From Balamuthia mandrillaris (taxonomy: Eukaryota), in NCBI GenBank assembly GCA_031835245.2, contig JAVKOQ020000017.1, positions 62,001 through 126,000 of the forward strand: a stretch of DNA of 64,000 nucleotides, in the 5' to 3' direction. The notes under the pieces are model-generated. The model was not told the DNA's origin and ran no database searches. It was given only the letters and a program-made list of their open reading frames with translations. This document shows positions 1-11,287 of this stretch, in pieces (positions within the stretch are counted from its first letter, which is position 1; each line of letters opens with the position of its first letter). The translations under genes and the position numbers were made by a program.

Positions 1-338
1 TGAAAGTTAACGTCAGCGGGAATTTGGCCCTCCAGTCCAAGCTCCATCTCAAAGGGGTTGTTCTTGATGACGGCATGCACGTTCTTCTTCACACCGTTCT
101 TGTAGATCTTGTCCTGCTCCAACGAGCCCTGCCGCCGCACCACCAATCGATAGGGCGCAGTGGAGGCAGCTTTTGTGGTTGCGGATGTGGAGGGAGCAGA
201 GGCTGTGGTTTGTTTGGGTTGCGTTTGAGGGGCAGGCACAGTGGGCCGTGCGGCCGTCGTTGTCGTGGTTGTTTTGCGCTCCAAGTCCATCTTTTCAGAA
301 GCGCTGTGTGTTGTTGTAGCGGAGATGGGTTGTTGCAT
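1..338 (-). CDS. CudA-like transcription factor, 5' part (runs off the left edge)
   Basis: Minus-strand frame from ATG 336-338 reads MQQPISATT...YRLVVRRQGSLEQDKIYKNGVKKNVHAVIKNNPFEMELGLEG. The G-V-K-K-N-V-H-x-V-I-K-N-x-P-F block resembles the conserved start of the amoebozoan CudA core domain (from recall). Absent from the ORF track because it is truncated. Confidence 0.6.
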   Translation of the reverse strand, partial: MQQPISATTTHSASEKMDLERKTTTTTTAARPTVPAPQTQPKQTTASAPSTSATTKAASTAPYRLVVRRQGSLEQDKIYKNGVKKNVHAVIKNNPFEMELGLEGQIPADVNF

Positions 339-848
339 CTCTAAAAATCAAAGGGAAAAATCAGTAGCGCGCTTTGCGAAAGAGCTGCTACCTGGAGGGG
401 GAAAAAAATAATCAAAGTGTGTGTTTTTAATGTAGCGGTCGTGTAGCGTGTAGTGTTGTTGCGAGGGGGGAAAGAAAAAAAGTGAAAAAGTCGGGAAAAA
501 GAAGCTTTTATGTGGCTGCCACAACAATAGGTGAAGCCGATTCCCCAACCTTTCCTGGGCAACCCTCGACGCAGATTTGCTATATCAAGCATGGGTGACG
601 TTGGCTTGCTGATGTGGCACAAGCTCTGCCCGTGTTCTGCGAATGAAATCTGAAGAAAAACTGCGCCAATTATCGTGCATTTTGGCGAACAATTGGAAGA
701 AATTGAGAATAATCGATTGGCAGGTACAACTTTGTTGATTTTTCGATAAACCTCTGTTTGAATTGATTGTAACCTACTCACTTTGAGGTTCCCGCCAATT
801 TTTGTCTACAAAAAATGAAAGTAAATACTGTAAAAAAAAGTAGCGCAA

Positions 849-2522
849 ATGAAACGGAAGGCAAGAAGAATAGAGGAGGATGAGGCGGAGGAGGGAACAA
901 AGAGTGAAGGGGAGGAGGAGGATGAGGAGGAAGAGTTGAAGCAGCATACAGTGGTTGAGTTGCGAAGGTTGTTGAAGGAAATGGGCCTGCGTGTCGGCGG
1001 TACCAAGAAAGAGCTCATTCAACGTATCATCGATGAAAGACGACGCTTGGCTCAAGACGACGAGGACAGCCAAGACGAAGTGGCAGAGGAGGAGGCAGGA
1101 GGAGGAGGAGGAGGAGAAGAAGAAGAACCAGAAGTGGAGGGCAAAGAATCAGAAGAGGAAGGGCGAGACAGAGACAACCGAGCAGCAGAAACGTATTGGG
1201 TACCCGATAAATCAGAAACAGAGGGGGCGAAGGTCGCTGAAGAAATCGAAGAAGAAGAAGAAGAAGAAGAAGAACAAGAAGGAGAACAAGAAGCACCAGT
1301 AGAGCATGACGGGGCGATGCTGGTAACGAGAGACATCGATAAACAAGCAAAAGATGGATCAGATCATGCGGTTGTAGTCGAAGAACAACAAACAGGGATG
1401 CAAAAAGAGCAAGACGGAACGGACGCCACAGCCACAAAGGAACTACCTCACGCAACGAGCCTCTGCAACACTTCAACCGTTGTCAATGTTTCTGAAGCAG
1501 TGAGTTTGATCGATACGTGCACAAAGGGCGATACTCAACCCAAAGCAACACTGTTATCGCAACAACATATGCGTGCCTACCGTAACGAAGACGACGGAGA
1601 CGGCTCCAACGAAGAAAACTTTTTTCAAGATGTGCCCTCTTCCTCCAAAAAAGAACAGAGAAACAAACCAGCGGCATTTTCATCCTCTCCTCTTCCTTCC
1701 AACAGCATCGCTACATCAGCATCACCTCTTTCAAGTGTTCATCCCTCGTTCCTTCGTTCCTTCCACAGCTTTGCGATCTTTCTTCGCGTCACTTTACTGC
1801 TATTTCTCATTGTCATCATCAGTCGTCCATTTGCGGCTCTTCCCTCTTCTTCTCCTCCTTCTCCATCGCCTTTCTCTTCGTTGTCTTTCTACAGTATCCT
1901 GCCTCTCATTGCCCTTGTCTGTTGCATCGTTTGCTTTGCTTGGCTTCATCACCTGAACTCTCTTCTTTCCTCAGATACATCTTCTGTCTCCTCAAAAAAG
2001 AGCGATTCTTCTTTGTTGAAGAGCGAAGTCGCGACGACAAAGTCGTTATCCGCTGAAGAGGAACGAGTATTGCTTCATCTTGCTCACCACAAAACTGAAC
2101 TCAAGAAGCTCATCCAAAGACAAACGGAAGAGATGAAAGAGCTGAACCGACACTACGAACAAGAGAAGAAGAAAGAGAATGGAGAGGTGGATGAACTGTT
2201 ACTGCAGCGAATGAGGCAGAAGCTTTCAGCGCTTGCTTCTTCTAGGAAGACGAACTGTCGTCTGGTTGAAAATATTGAATATCAGGTTCGTTAAGTTTCT
2301 AAGGTGATGAATGAAACAGAAAAGAGAATAAGAAACGAAGAGAAGAGGGAACAAAGAAGCCGAAAGCAACATAAAGAGAACGAAAGAAGAAAGAAGAAAG
2401 CTAACCTTTGTTTATAACAGATATTACAATTAGAATACAAAGTGGTGGAAGATGAGATAGACGAAGCCATGCATCTTTTACATCAACTAGCCTCAGCTCC
2501 TTCCGAACTCATTGTCTCCTGA
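849..2522 (+). CDS. SAP-domain protein with acidic region, two predicted TM helices and C-terminal coiled coil; 2 exons (849-2285, 2421-2522)
   Basis: LKQHTVVELRRLLKEMGLRVGGTKKELIQRI is a SAP motif. Hydrophobic segments FAIFLRVTLLLFLIVIIS and ILPLIALVCCIVCFAWL. GT at 2286, acceptor ataacag at 2420, last exon ILQLEYKVVEDEIDEAMHLLHQLASAPSELIVS*. Confidence 0.75.
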
Positions 2523-2592
2523 ACCAAACGCTACTCCAACGTCTTTTTGTATCACTGCCCTTATCATCAATAGAACTAGATCTGTTTTCAAA

Positions 2593-3501
2593 CTATGCGG
2601 AGCAAGCTTTCTCCAATAGTTGTAAACAAGCCTCAAATATCGGCCAACTCTTTGCATGAAACCGTTTCCAACCATCCTCCTCGTTCTCTCCTTCTTCTTG
2701 TTGATACCCATCTTCTTCATAGAGTAAACGATGTGTTAGAGGAAAAGCAACGTGGTAGTTATGGATGTAACCTCGCTCCACGATTTGAGTGGCTAACAGG
2801 ACCAACCGCAAAGCATGCACCACCGTCTTCTTGCTCTCCGCCAATGCCCCCTTTTGCCACCGCTTCTCCGCTATTCTCCAGTCCCTTCTCGTCTCCTCTG
2901 CCACCGATTCATACAGTCTCTGCATACTGAGCTTTCTCTCCCCTTCCGTTTCTCCTCCATATGTTTCTGCCTGTTGTCTTCTTGCGGTTGATGGTTTCTT
3001 TGTGTTCTTGTTCTTGTTGTTTGCTGCTTGTTGTTTTGGCTCTCTTTTCCCTTCCTCCTTCCAACGGTACATGGGCGGCAGCCACAGACATATCAGGTAA
3101 TGCATGGAGTGGTCCTCATAGATCTTCTTCAGGAACTGGCTGTTGGTCAAGACGCTGGCATCGATGTTTCCATTGTGCAGTTGCGCTTTTTCGCCGCCGC
3201 CGCCACCACCACCGCTTTTGTCCTTGAGCACAACGACAAAGTCCCAATCGCTGTGGTGCGAGGCGGTCCCCCAGAGCCTGCTACCCACCAGGTAGCAGCG
3301 CAGCACCTGGGCTTCCGGGAGGCGCAGGCGTTGGCAGAGCGCGGGGAGGCTCAGCTTGGCGGCCTGGCTGCTCATCAGGGCCTCCATCTCCTGGCTTATC
3401 CTGGCTTGTTCCTCCGAGCTCATCGCCGGCACCATGAAGGCATCTTGTTGTGGTGCTGCTGCTGCTACTTCCTCGCCTTGGTGGTTGTTGCGTTGCTCCA
3501 T
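2593..3501 (-). CDS. Pol-beta-superfamily nucleotidyltransferase, single exon
   Basis: hGS...DxD signature YLVGSRLWGTASHHSDWDFVVV, a likely third Asp in NIDASV, and a helical C-terminal part (KKTVVHALRLVLLATQIVERG). One uninterrupted ORF. Confidence 0.8.
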   Translation of the reverse strand: MEQRNNHQGEEVAAAAPQQDAFMVPAMSSEEQARISQEMEALMSSQAAKLSLPALCQRLRLPEAQVLRCYLVGSRLWGTASHHSDWDFVVVLKDKSGGGGGGGEKAQLHNGNIDASVLTNSQFLKKIYEDHSMHYLICLWLPPMYRWKEEGKREPKQQAANNKNKNTKKPSTARRQQAETYGGETEGERKLSMQRLYESVAEETRRDWRIAEKRWQKGALAESKKTVVHALRLVLLATQIVERGYIHNYHVAFPLTHRLLYEEDGYQQEEGENEEDGWKRFHAKSWPIFEACLQLLEKACSA

Positions 3502-3784
3502 ATTATTTTTATTTTGTTTTGACCAGAGAGGATGGTCACGTCGTCGTGGGTGAAAGATCATACAGCACAATTACAGCAGGATTCGTGCTATAGTGGAGCA
3601 CGATACAATAACGAAGGACACGTGCCGCAATAAACAAAAAGAAAAGAAAGACAAGGAGAGGAAAGGCAAAGGAAGACAAAAGAATAACTGACTTTCCTCT
3701 CGCGTTACTTGCCAAGCACAAGGGCAAACTTTAACAAAGAAAACGAACGCACGCACGCACACCATACCAAGCAAATAATAAATA

Positions 3785-4291
3785 ATGGCAAGTGATGATG
3801 AATTTGGGGCGTGGGGCAAGGCAAAGCAGGGTCAGGCGGGCTCGGGCTCGGAGGCGGCCCTCTTGGACCGGATCGCCGACCAGCTGCAGCAGCTCTCCCG
3901 CAACGTCTCGCAGCTGAAGGAGCTCAGCCAAAAGCTCGGCACGCGCCAGGACAACGACCGCTTGCGCCAGGACCTCTCGCGGCTGCGCGAGGAGACCACC
4001 GACCTGGCCAAACGCACCCGCGAGGACCTCTACGGCGGGGACTCGGAGCGGCGGTGGAAGGCGGCCGACGTGAAGAGCCGAGCCAAGAGGGATCGGCTGG
4101 GCGGGCAGTTTAGGGACCTCTTGCAGGACTATGAGAGGGCGGCGCAGCTGTCTTTGAAGAAGGAGCGAGAGGCGGTGCAGGTGATCGAGGAGACTGTAAA
4201 CCGTTACGTTTCATTTCTCGTTTCTTTCCTCTTTTCTCTCCTTTTCTTTTTTCTCTCCTCTCTTCTCTCGCTTCTCGCTTCTCGCTTCTCG

Positions 4292-4327
<36 letters not shown>

Positions 4328-4998
4328 TCACTCCTATTATGCTGATCCTCACGAAACACAAAACAACAGACAGAAAGAGTATGAAGGCAGGACGGTATGA
4401 TGACGACGATGATGACAGCGATGGCAAAGGCTTTCAAATGAAGATGAAGGAACTGGGACTAGACGATGTCGACGTCGATGAGAAGTTGATACGCGAACGC
4501 AACGAACAAATACATCAAATAGAGCTGGACCTGCAAGAACTTGGCGAAGTCTTTCGTGGTATTGTTTTTCTTTTCTCCTTTATTTTATTTCTCTATTCGT
4601 TCTGAGCATTCCATTTTCTTCCTACGTTCATCGCGTTCGTTTTCATTCTTTTTGTTGCTATTGTTGTTTTTGGTGGAGAATAGATGTATCAACGTTGGTG
4701 CATGATCAAGGAGAAATCCTCACTACAGTAGAGACACAGGCTTCCACAGCAAAAGCAAACACCGACTATGCGGTTGAAGAACTCGAAGTGGTAATACGAC
4801 CTTCCTTTTTTTTCTTTCCTTTCGGGTTTCGTTTCATTCTCTCTCTCTCTCTCTCATTTCCTCAAAAAAAAGAGCAACAAGTTACAATGTGCAGCTCGAC
4901 GAAAGATGTGTTGCCTCGGTATTATCGTTACAGCGGTAGTGGTCGTCATTCTCATCATATTAATAGTGGTTCTCGTCACTCAACTCAAAAAAGATTGA
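3785..4998 (+). CDS. Endosomal Qa-SNARE, syntaxin-7/12-like; multi-exon
   Basis: Habc segment LGTRQDNDRLRQDL, SNARE motif LIRERNEQIHQIELDLQELGEVF...VHDQGEILTTVE, and a C-terminal TM tail ending ...ILIVVLVTQLKKD* (TGA 4996-4998). Confidence 0.85.
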
Positions 4999-5449
4999 AG
5001 ACGAAGCCCACCCTTCACTCACTTTTTTTTTGAGCCCTTTGTATTTTTACCCCGTTTTTAATGCATTCCATTCCATCTCGAAGTTCTCCTCTGGAAGTAA
5101 GGCAACAACTACGCTACGATAAGGAGGATAGAAAGATGGGGGTGCTAGAGAAAGAAGAAGAAGAAGAAGAAGAAGAAGAAGAAGAAGAACAAGAAGAAGA
5201 AGAAGAAGAAGAACAAGAACAAGAAGGGGGGGGGGGGGGAGAAAGAAAGAAAGAAAAGAACAACCGTTACGATAAAACCCTGAGAAAGAACAGCTCTTCT
5301 TCATCTGCTGCTGGACCTAGGAACTATTCACTTCCAACGACGGTCCTTCAATTCCTCCGCTTCTTCTTTCCATCTTCTCTTTTTCTTCCTCTTGAAGAAA
5401 AAAAAAAGATGAAGAAAACAAAAATGTATGAAGTCCTATTTGTTGGTTT

Positions 5450-6141
5450 TTAAGATGAAGTTGATGAAGCAGAAGAAGGTGGTTGGGGTGGTGAATAGCT
5501 AGCAGGTGCAGCGTAGACTCCCGACCCCGTCAAGGACAAGCCCAGCCGCCCGGACGCCACCACGTGCTGCTTCCACCGCCTGCTCTGCCTGCCCTTCTTC
5601 AGTTGCAGCTCCACCGGGTCCCTCAGATCCTCCGGCGGGATCTCCGGCTCGTTGTTGCTCTCCTCTTCCTCTTCTTCCTCTCCTTCTTGGTCCGGCAAGG
5701 CGGCCTCTTCCAGGAACCTGAGGGTGCGCTGGTTCTCGGCCACGCGCTTGGACACCTTTTCGTGCCAAATCTCGTGGCGCCTTTGGCGGAACTCCTTCCG
5801 CGCGACGCCCAGCTTGCCGGCCGGTCGTTTGCGGGAATAGTCCGCCCGTTGTTGCACCAGCGGGTGGGCGGGGAAGGAGGTGGGGGAGGAGATGGTTGTT
5901 GTGGAGGAAGAGCAAAGGAAGGGCGCGGAACCAGCGCGGAAGAGAGTGGAAGACTGAAAGAAAGAGCAGAAAGTTGCACAAGACGGAAAGATTAGATTAG
6001 AATGATCAGCTGGGCAGTGAGCGCACGAAAAAAAAAGTGGGTATGATTGGGTACCTCGGTAAAGGAAAGGAAAGGCGCAGCATGCCCTCTACTGGCGCAG
6101 AGCCGGAATGGCTTGCCACTGCTAACAACAGCCCGCTGCAT
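5450..6141 (-). CDS. Hypothetical protein with possible mitochondrial presequence; 2 exons
   Basis: Exon 1 MQRAVVSSGKPFRLCASRGHAAPFLSFTE is followed by a GTACCC donor. Acceptor tttcag near 5954 continues SSTLFRAGSAPF...QQRADYSRKRPAGKLGVARKEFRQRRHEIWHEK in GC-rich coding sequence. Confidence 0.55.
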
Positions 6142-6615
6142 TTGAGCTTCTGTTGAGTTTCTTGTGGGGTGTGTGTGCTCACAATAGGTGTTGTTGTCGT
6201 TGCTCTCTCCTCTTTGCAAATGCTTTCTATCTCGATGCAGTAGATCGCGATGATCTTTATGTGACATCATCGATATCCAAATTTGAATATTATGACATCA
6301 TGGTATGCCTTTCATTTTCGTGAGGTCATCACCTTCTTAAAATAGATATTCCTGACGTGGGCTTTTGTTTGGGGACGAGACACAAAGAAAGAAAAGGAAC
6401 CAACAAGCAACAACAAACGTTACAGCCCACGTTTGTTTTTTTTTTTTTTTAAAATAATGAAACTCATGAAAGGTGCTTTTTGGATTTCGATAAAGAGCAG
6501 GCAGAAGGAAGTGCAAGGATTGAGGAAAACAAAAAAAAAAATAAATGGAAAGTGACAGTGGGAAAAATTTGAGAGAGAGAAGGGAGTTGGACCTCCCGTA
6601 TTCAAGAGAGTGCTC

Positions 6616-9600
6616 TCATGCCGCTCCGCCCTCCTCCGCAAAGAGAGGGTTCTGGAAGCTCGAGCTAGCGGACTCGTAGAGGGCGTTATTGACTGCTCCG
6701 CCTGAGGCGGTAGCATCCGCGATGGAAGGCACGAGGCCCGTTCCAGGCTTCTTAAACTTCCTCAGGAGCAACGCTGCAGAGGCCGCTCCCGCTGCCGCCA
6801 ATCCGAGACCACCGGCGGCTCCGGCCACGGCGCCGGCGATAGTGCCGGCGTTGCTCCCGCCACCGCCACCGCCACCTCCAGGAGGGACAGGACACACCAC
6901 GCACTCGCCGTCTTCACACTCATAGCAGTCCTCGCTGTCGTCACTGTCGCTGTAACAGTCCTCATCAACGATGCAGTCGGGGCAGGCCTCCTCGTCGTAC
7001 ACGCAACGACCTTGTTCCTCGTCACAGGACTCGCAGTCAGGACACTCGTGGTCCTCGGCGCAAGGCGTGCAGTCACCTGAGATGGGCTGGCAACGGCCTT
7101 CTGCGCACTCGTGGCAGGCGTCGGCGCAGTCCTCGACTGTGACACAGGGATCGCAGGACTCCTCTACTTCTTCGCAACGGCCATCAACACATTCGTGGCA
7201 GGCATCCACACAGTCATCGGCTGTGGCGCAAGGGTCGCATTCCTCCTCCACAGGTTCGCAACGACCATCAACACACTCATAACAGGCATCCACACAATCA
7301 TCAGCTGTGGCGCAAGGGTCACATTCCTCCTCCACGGGTTTGCAGCGGCCATCAACGCACTCGTGACAGGCATCCATACAGTCGCCAGCTGTGGCGCAAG
7401 GGTCACATTCCTCCTCCGCTTCTTCACAACGGCCATCAACGCATTCATGGCAGGCATCCACACAATCATCAGCTGTGGCGCAAGGGTCACATTCCTCCAC
7501 TGGTTCGCAACGTCCATCAACGCACTCGTGGCAGGCATCCACACAATCTCCAACGGTGACACAGGGGTCGCATTCCTCCTCCACTTCTTCACAACGGCCA
7601 TCAACGCACTCATGGCAGGCATCCACACAGTCATCAGCAGTGGCACAAGGGTCACATTCCTCCTCCACTGGTTCGCATCGGCCATCATCACACTCATGGC
7701 AGGCATCTACACAATCACCAGCTGAGGTACAAGGGTCACATTCTTCCTCCACGGGTTCGCAACGTCCATCAACACACTCATGGCAAGCATCCACACAATC
7801 ACCAGCTGTGGAGCAAGGGTCGCATTCCTCCTCCACGGTTCGCAGCGGCCATCAACACACTCATGACAGGCATCCACGCAGTCATCAGCTGTGGCACAAG
7901 GGTCGCATTCTTCCTCCACAGGTTCACAACGACCATCAACGCACTCATGGCAGGCATCCACACAATCATCCGCTGTGGCGCAAGGATCGCATTCCTCCTC
8001 CACTTCTTCACAACGGCCATCAACACACTCATGTCAGGCATCCACACAGTCACCAGCAGTAGCACAAGGATCACATTCTTCCTCCACAGGTTCGCAGCGA
8101 CCATCAACGCATTCATGGCAGGCATCCACACAATCACCAGCTGTGGCGCAAGGATCGCATTCCTCTCCGACGGCTTCGCAGCGGCCATCAACGCACTCAT
8201 GGCAGGCATCCACACAGTCAGCAGCAGTAGCACAAGGGTCACATTCCTCCTCCACAGGTTCGCAGCGACCATCAACGCACTCGTGGCAGGCATCCACGCA
8301 ATCATCGGCATTGTTGCAAGGGTCGCATTCCTCCTCCACGGGTTTGCAACGGCCATCAACACACTCATGGCAGGCATCCACACAATCTCCAACGGTGACA
8401 CAGGGGTCACATTCTTCCTCCACTTCTTCACAACGGCCATCAACGCACCCATAACAGGCGTCCACACAGTCATTGGCTGTGGCGCAAGGGTCGCACTCCT
8501 CCTCCACAGGTTCGCAGCGGCCGTCCACGCATTCATGGCAGGCATCCACACAATCATCAGCTGTGGCACAAGGGTCACATGCTTCTTCTACCTCCTCACA
8601 GCGGCCATCAACACACTCGTGGCAGGCATCCACACAATCATCAGCATTGTTGCAAGGGTCACATTCCTCCTCCACGGGTTCGCAGCGACCATCAACGCAC
8701 TCATGGCAGGCATCCACACAGTCACCAGCTGTGGCGCAAGGGTCGCATTCCTCCTCCACGGGTTCGCAGCGGCCATCAACGCACTCATGGCAGGCATCCA
8801 CGCAGTCATCAGCTGTGGCACAAGGGTCACATTCCTCCTCCACAGGTTCGCAGCGGCCATCAACGCACTCATGGCAGGCATCCACGCAATCATCAACATT
8901 GTTGCAAGGGTCACATTCTTCCTCTACAGCTTCGCAGCGACCATCGACACACTCATGGCAAGCATCCACACAGTCACCAGCTGTGGCGCAAGGGTCGCAT
9001 TCCTCCCCCACTTCTTCACAACGGCCATCAACACATTCATGGCAGGCATCCACGCAATCATTAACAGTATTGCAAGGGTCGCATTCCTCCTCCACGGGTT
9101 CGCAGCGGCCATCAACACATTCATGGCAGGCATCCACACAATCATTGGCAGTTGTACATGGGTCACATTCCTCTGCCACAGGTTCGCAACGGCCATCAAC
9201 ACACTCATGGCAGGCATCCACACAATCATCAGCAGTGGCGCAGGGGTCGCACTCCTCCGCCACGGGTTCGCAACGGCCATCAGCACACTCATGACAGGCA
9301 TCTACACAATCATCAGCGGTGCTGCAAGGGTCACATTCCTCCTCCACGGGTTCGCAACGGCCATCAACACATTCGTGGCAGGCATCCGCACAATCATCAG
9401 CTGTGCCGCAAGGGTCGCATTCTTCCTCCACAGGTTCACAACGACGATCCACACACTCATGGCAGGCATCCACACAGTCATCAGCAGTGCTACACGGGTC
9501 ACATTCCTCCTCCACGGGTTCGCAAACACCCTCTACGCACTCATGACAGCCGTCAGCGCAGTCCTCAGCAGTCGCACAAGGGTCACAGCCTTCCAGCTCT

Positions 9601-11287
9601 GTACACACACCGTCCACACACTCATGACAGGCTGTGGGACAGTCGGCGGCCTCATCGCAAGGCGTGCATCCCTCGATGGGGGTTACCTGTTTCAGCCCGT
9701 TAACACAGATACATTCCGTGCAGGCATCGGTCACAGGACAGGCCTCTCCCTCCGGACACACGTCCAAACCGCACTCGGAGGGACGTTCAGCGGGGGTTAG
9801 GATGGCGTTGAGGAGGATCCTCTTACCACCCATCATGAGATCAGAATCACTCTTCCATGTGTGAGAACCAAGGTACCATGCCTTTTTTTATGTTAAAAAT
9901 GGTTGAGCTTAGTCCAACAGGTAAGCTATGAAGCATGAAGTAAGTACCATGTGACCAAGCTTTCGCTCACCGATTTTGGCTCCAACAGTTATGTGCAACG
10001 TCCTTCCCTGATACGCCTGCGCAGTAGGATCATTGGCCACCAAGGAGTGACCGTTGTTCTGCCAGAGGTCGTCCTCGTCCTCCCCCGCCGCGGTGGAGGC
10101 CAGATAATAGTCCCTCGTGTGGCCGCTGTTGGAGCCATCGATGGTGCCCAAGAACTGGGCCACAGGAAGATCCGGATTGGGGAAGGTCAGCACGAGGTTC
10201 CCCACGTTGTTGGTCACGATGCCATACTTGCTTACGAAGCCGCCCTCTCCGCTGTCGGGGTCGTAGTTCTCGTAGGACTCGATGCCGGCACACTCGGCCA
10301 GGAAGTTGCCGCCCGAGGATACGAACGTCCTTACGGCCTGATAGTAGGCCTCCACCTCGTTCTCGTTCCACTCGTAGTGGGGTTCGATCATGATGGTGTA
10401 ACAACTGTTCGAGTTTAGGTCCGATATCTCCTCTGTTTATATTTGGTTGTTTTTTGTTTGCTTACGCTATTCAGTCATCTCTGTTTGCCAACAACAGTGA
10501 AGGGAGAGGAAGAAAACGGCAAACCTCCTTCTTCGATGATATGGTAGTGAACGTCTTCGATGAGACCAGCGTTCTGAAGGATAGGGACCTGGGTGTCCAC
10601 CTTGCCGCCCACGTCGGAGAGAAAGGCCTTGGGCTTGTGGGCCACAATATGACGGATGTCTATCTGCGTGTCCGCATCCAACTCATGCACCTTGACTCCA
10701 TCTGCAACAACCAAAAGGATAGAAAACGAAAAGTAAGCACACACACAAACTGAAGTGACAGCGAGCGGAAAAGAACGCACGGCTCCAAGAAGAGTCTTGG
10801 ATGATGTCCAGCGCCTGCTCCTTGAACCCCGTCTGAATGATGAAAGGCCCGGCGTAGAAGCTTCGGAGGGCGCTGGCGCCCGTCGAGGGATGGATCTCAT
10901 GGGTGGTGGCGGTGAAGTCGGCCTCATCCTTACCCTTTCCCGCCCGAATGGCCCACAACAAGGGGATATCCGCATGCAGCAGTCTTATCGCCAAACCTTT
11001 ATAGGAGATCCAGATATACGAAGTAAGGAGGAAGGTTCGTTGTTGTGTATATGTGTTTGGATAAAAAAGCTCGGGAACTAACCGTAAGTTTTTGTGTTAA
11101 AGCTCTTTCCGGAACCCTGAAGGGTGTCCATGGGGATGATGAGAGATCCTGCAGCTATCGTTTGGAGATTGGAGGCAGGATCGGGAAGGTCGGGGGCCTG
11201 CAGGGCCAAGGATGATGTAGAAAATATACAGAACAACAACAACAACACCGAGCCCAGGTGGGGCATCACCGAGAAAGATGTTTTCAT
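6616..11287 (-). CDS. Large type-I membrane surface protein: signal peptide, globular head, ~31 Cys-rich 28-aa repeats, Gly-rich TM, tail with NxxY and NPxF motifs. As assembled it has an internal TGA (8034-8036) and a 1-bp frameshift (~7837)
   Basis: Signal peptide MKTSFSVMPHLGSVLLLLFCIFSTSSLA; exons joined by GT-AG introns; repeat EEECDPCATADDCVDACHECVDGRCEPV; TM TIAGAVAGAAGGLGLAAAGAASAALLL followed by RKFKK; tail ...VNNALYESASSSFQNPLFAEE. Confidence 0.85.
7090..9680 (-). repeat. Coding tandem array, 84-bp unit, about 31 copies
   Basis: Plus-strand unit of the type ggtcgcattcctcctccacgggttcgcagcggccatcaacgcactcatggcaggcatccacacagtc... recurs with an 84-nt period. Confidence 0.95.

Noticed and set aside
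5061..5453. ORF with a poly-Glu tract
   Set aside because: Produced by a (GAA)n microsatellite between convergent genes; no coding features.
8034..8036. Selenocysteine recoding of the in-frame TGA
   Set aside because: It affects a single Cys codon in the array, lies near a frameshift, and I could not identify a SECIS; error or nonsense mutation is more likely.
7090..9680. Regular repeats resembling a CRISPR array
   Set aside because: Units are contiguous 84-bp in-frame coding repeats with no unique spacers, no cas genes, and a eukaryotic context.
7111..9800. Long plus-strand ORFs (e.g. 7863-9800, 645 aa)
   Set aside because: Antisense shadows of the Cys-rich repeat gene.
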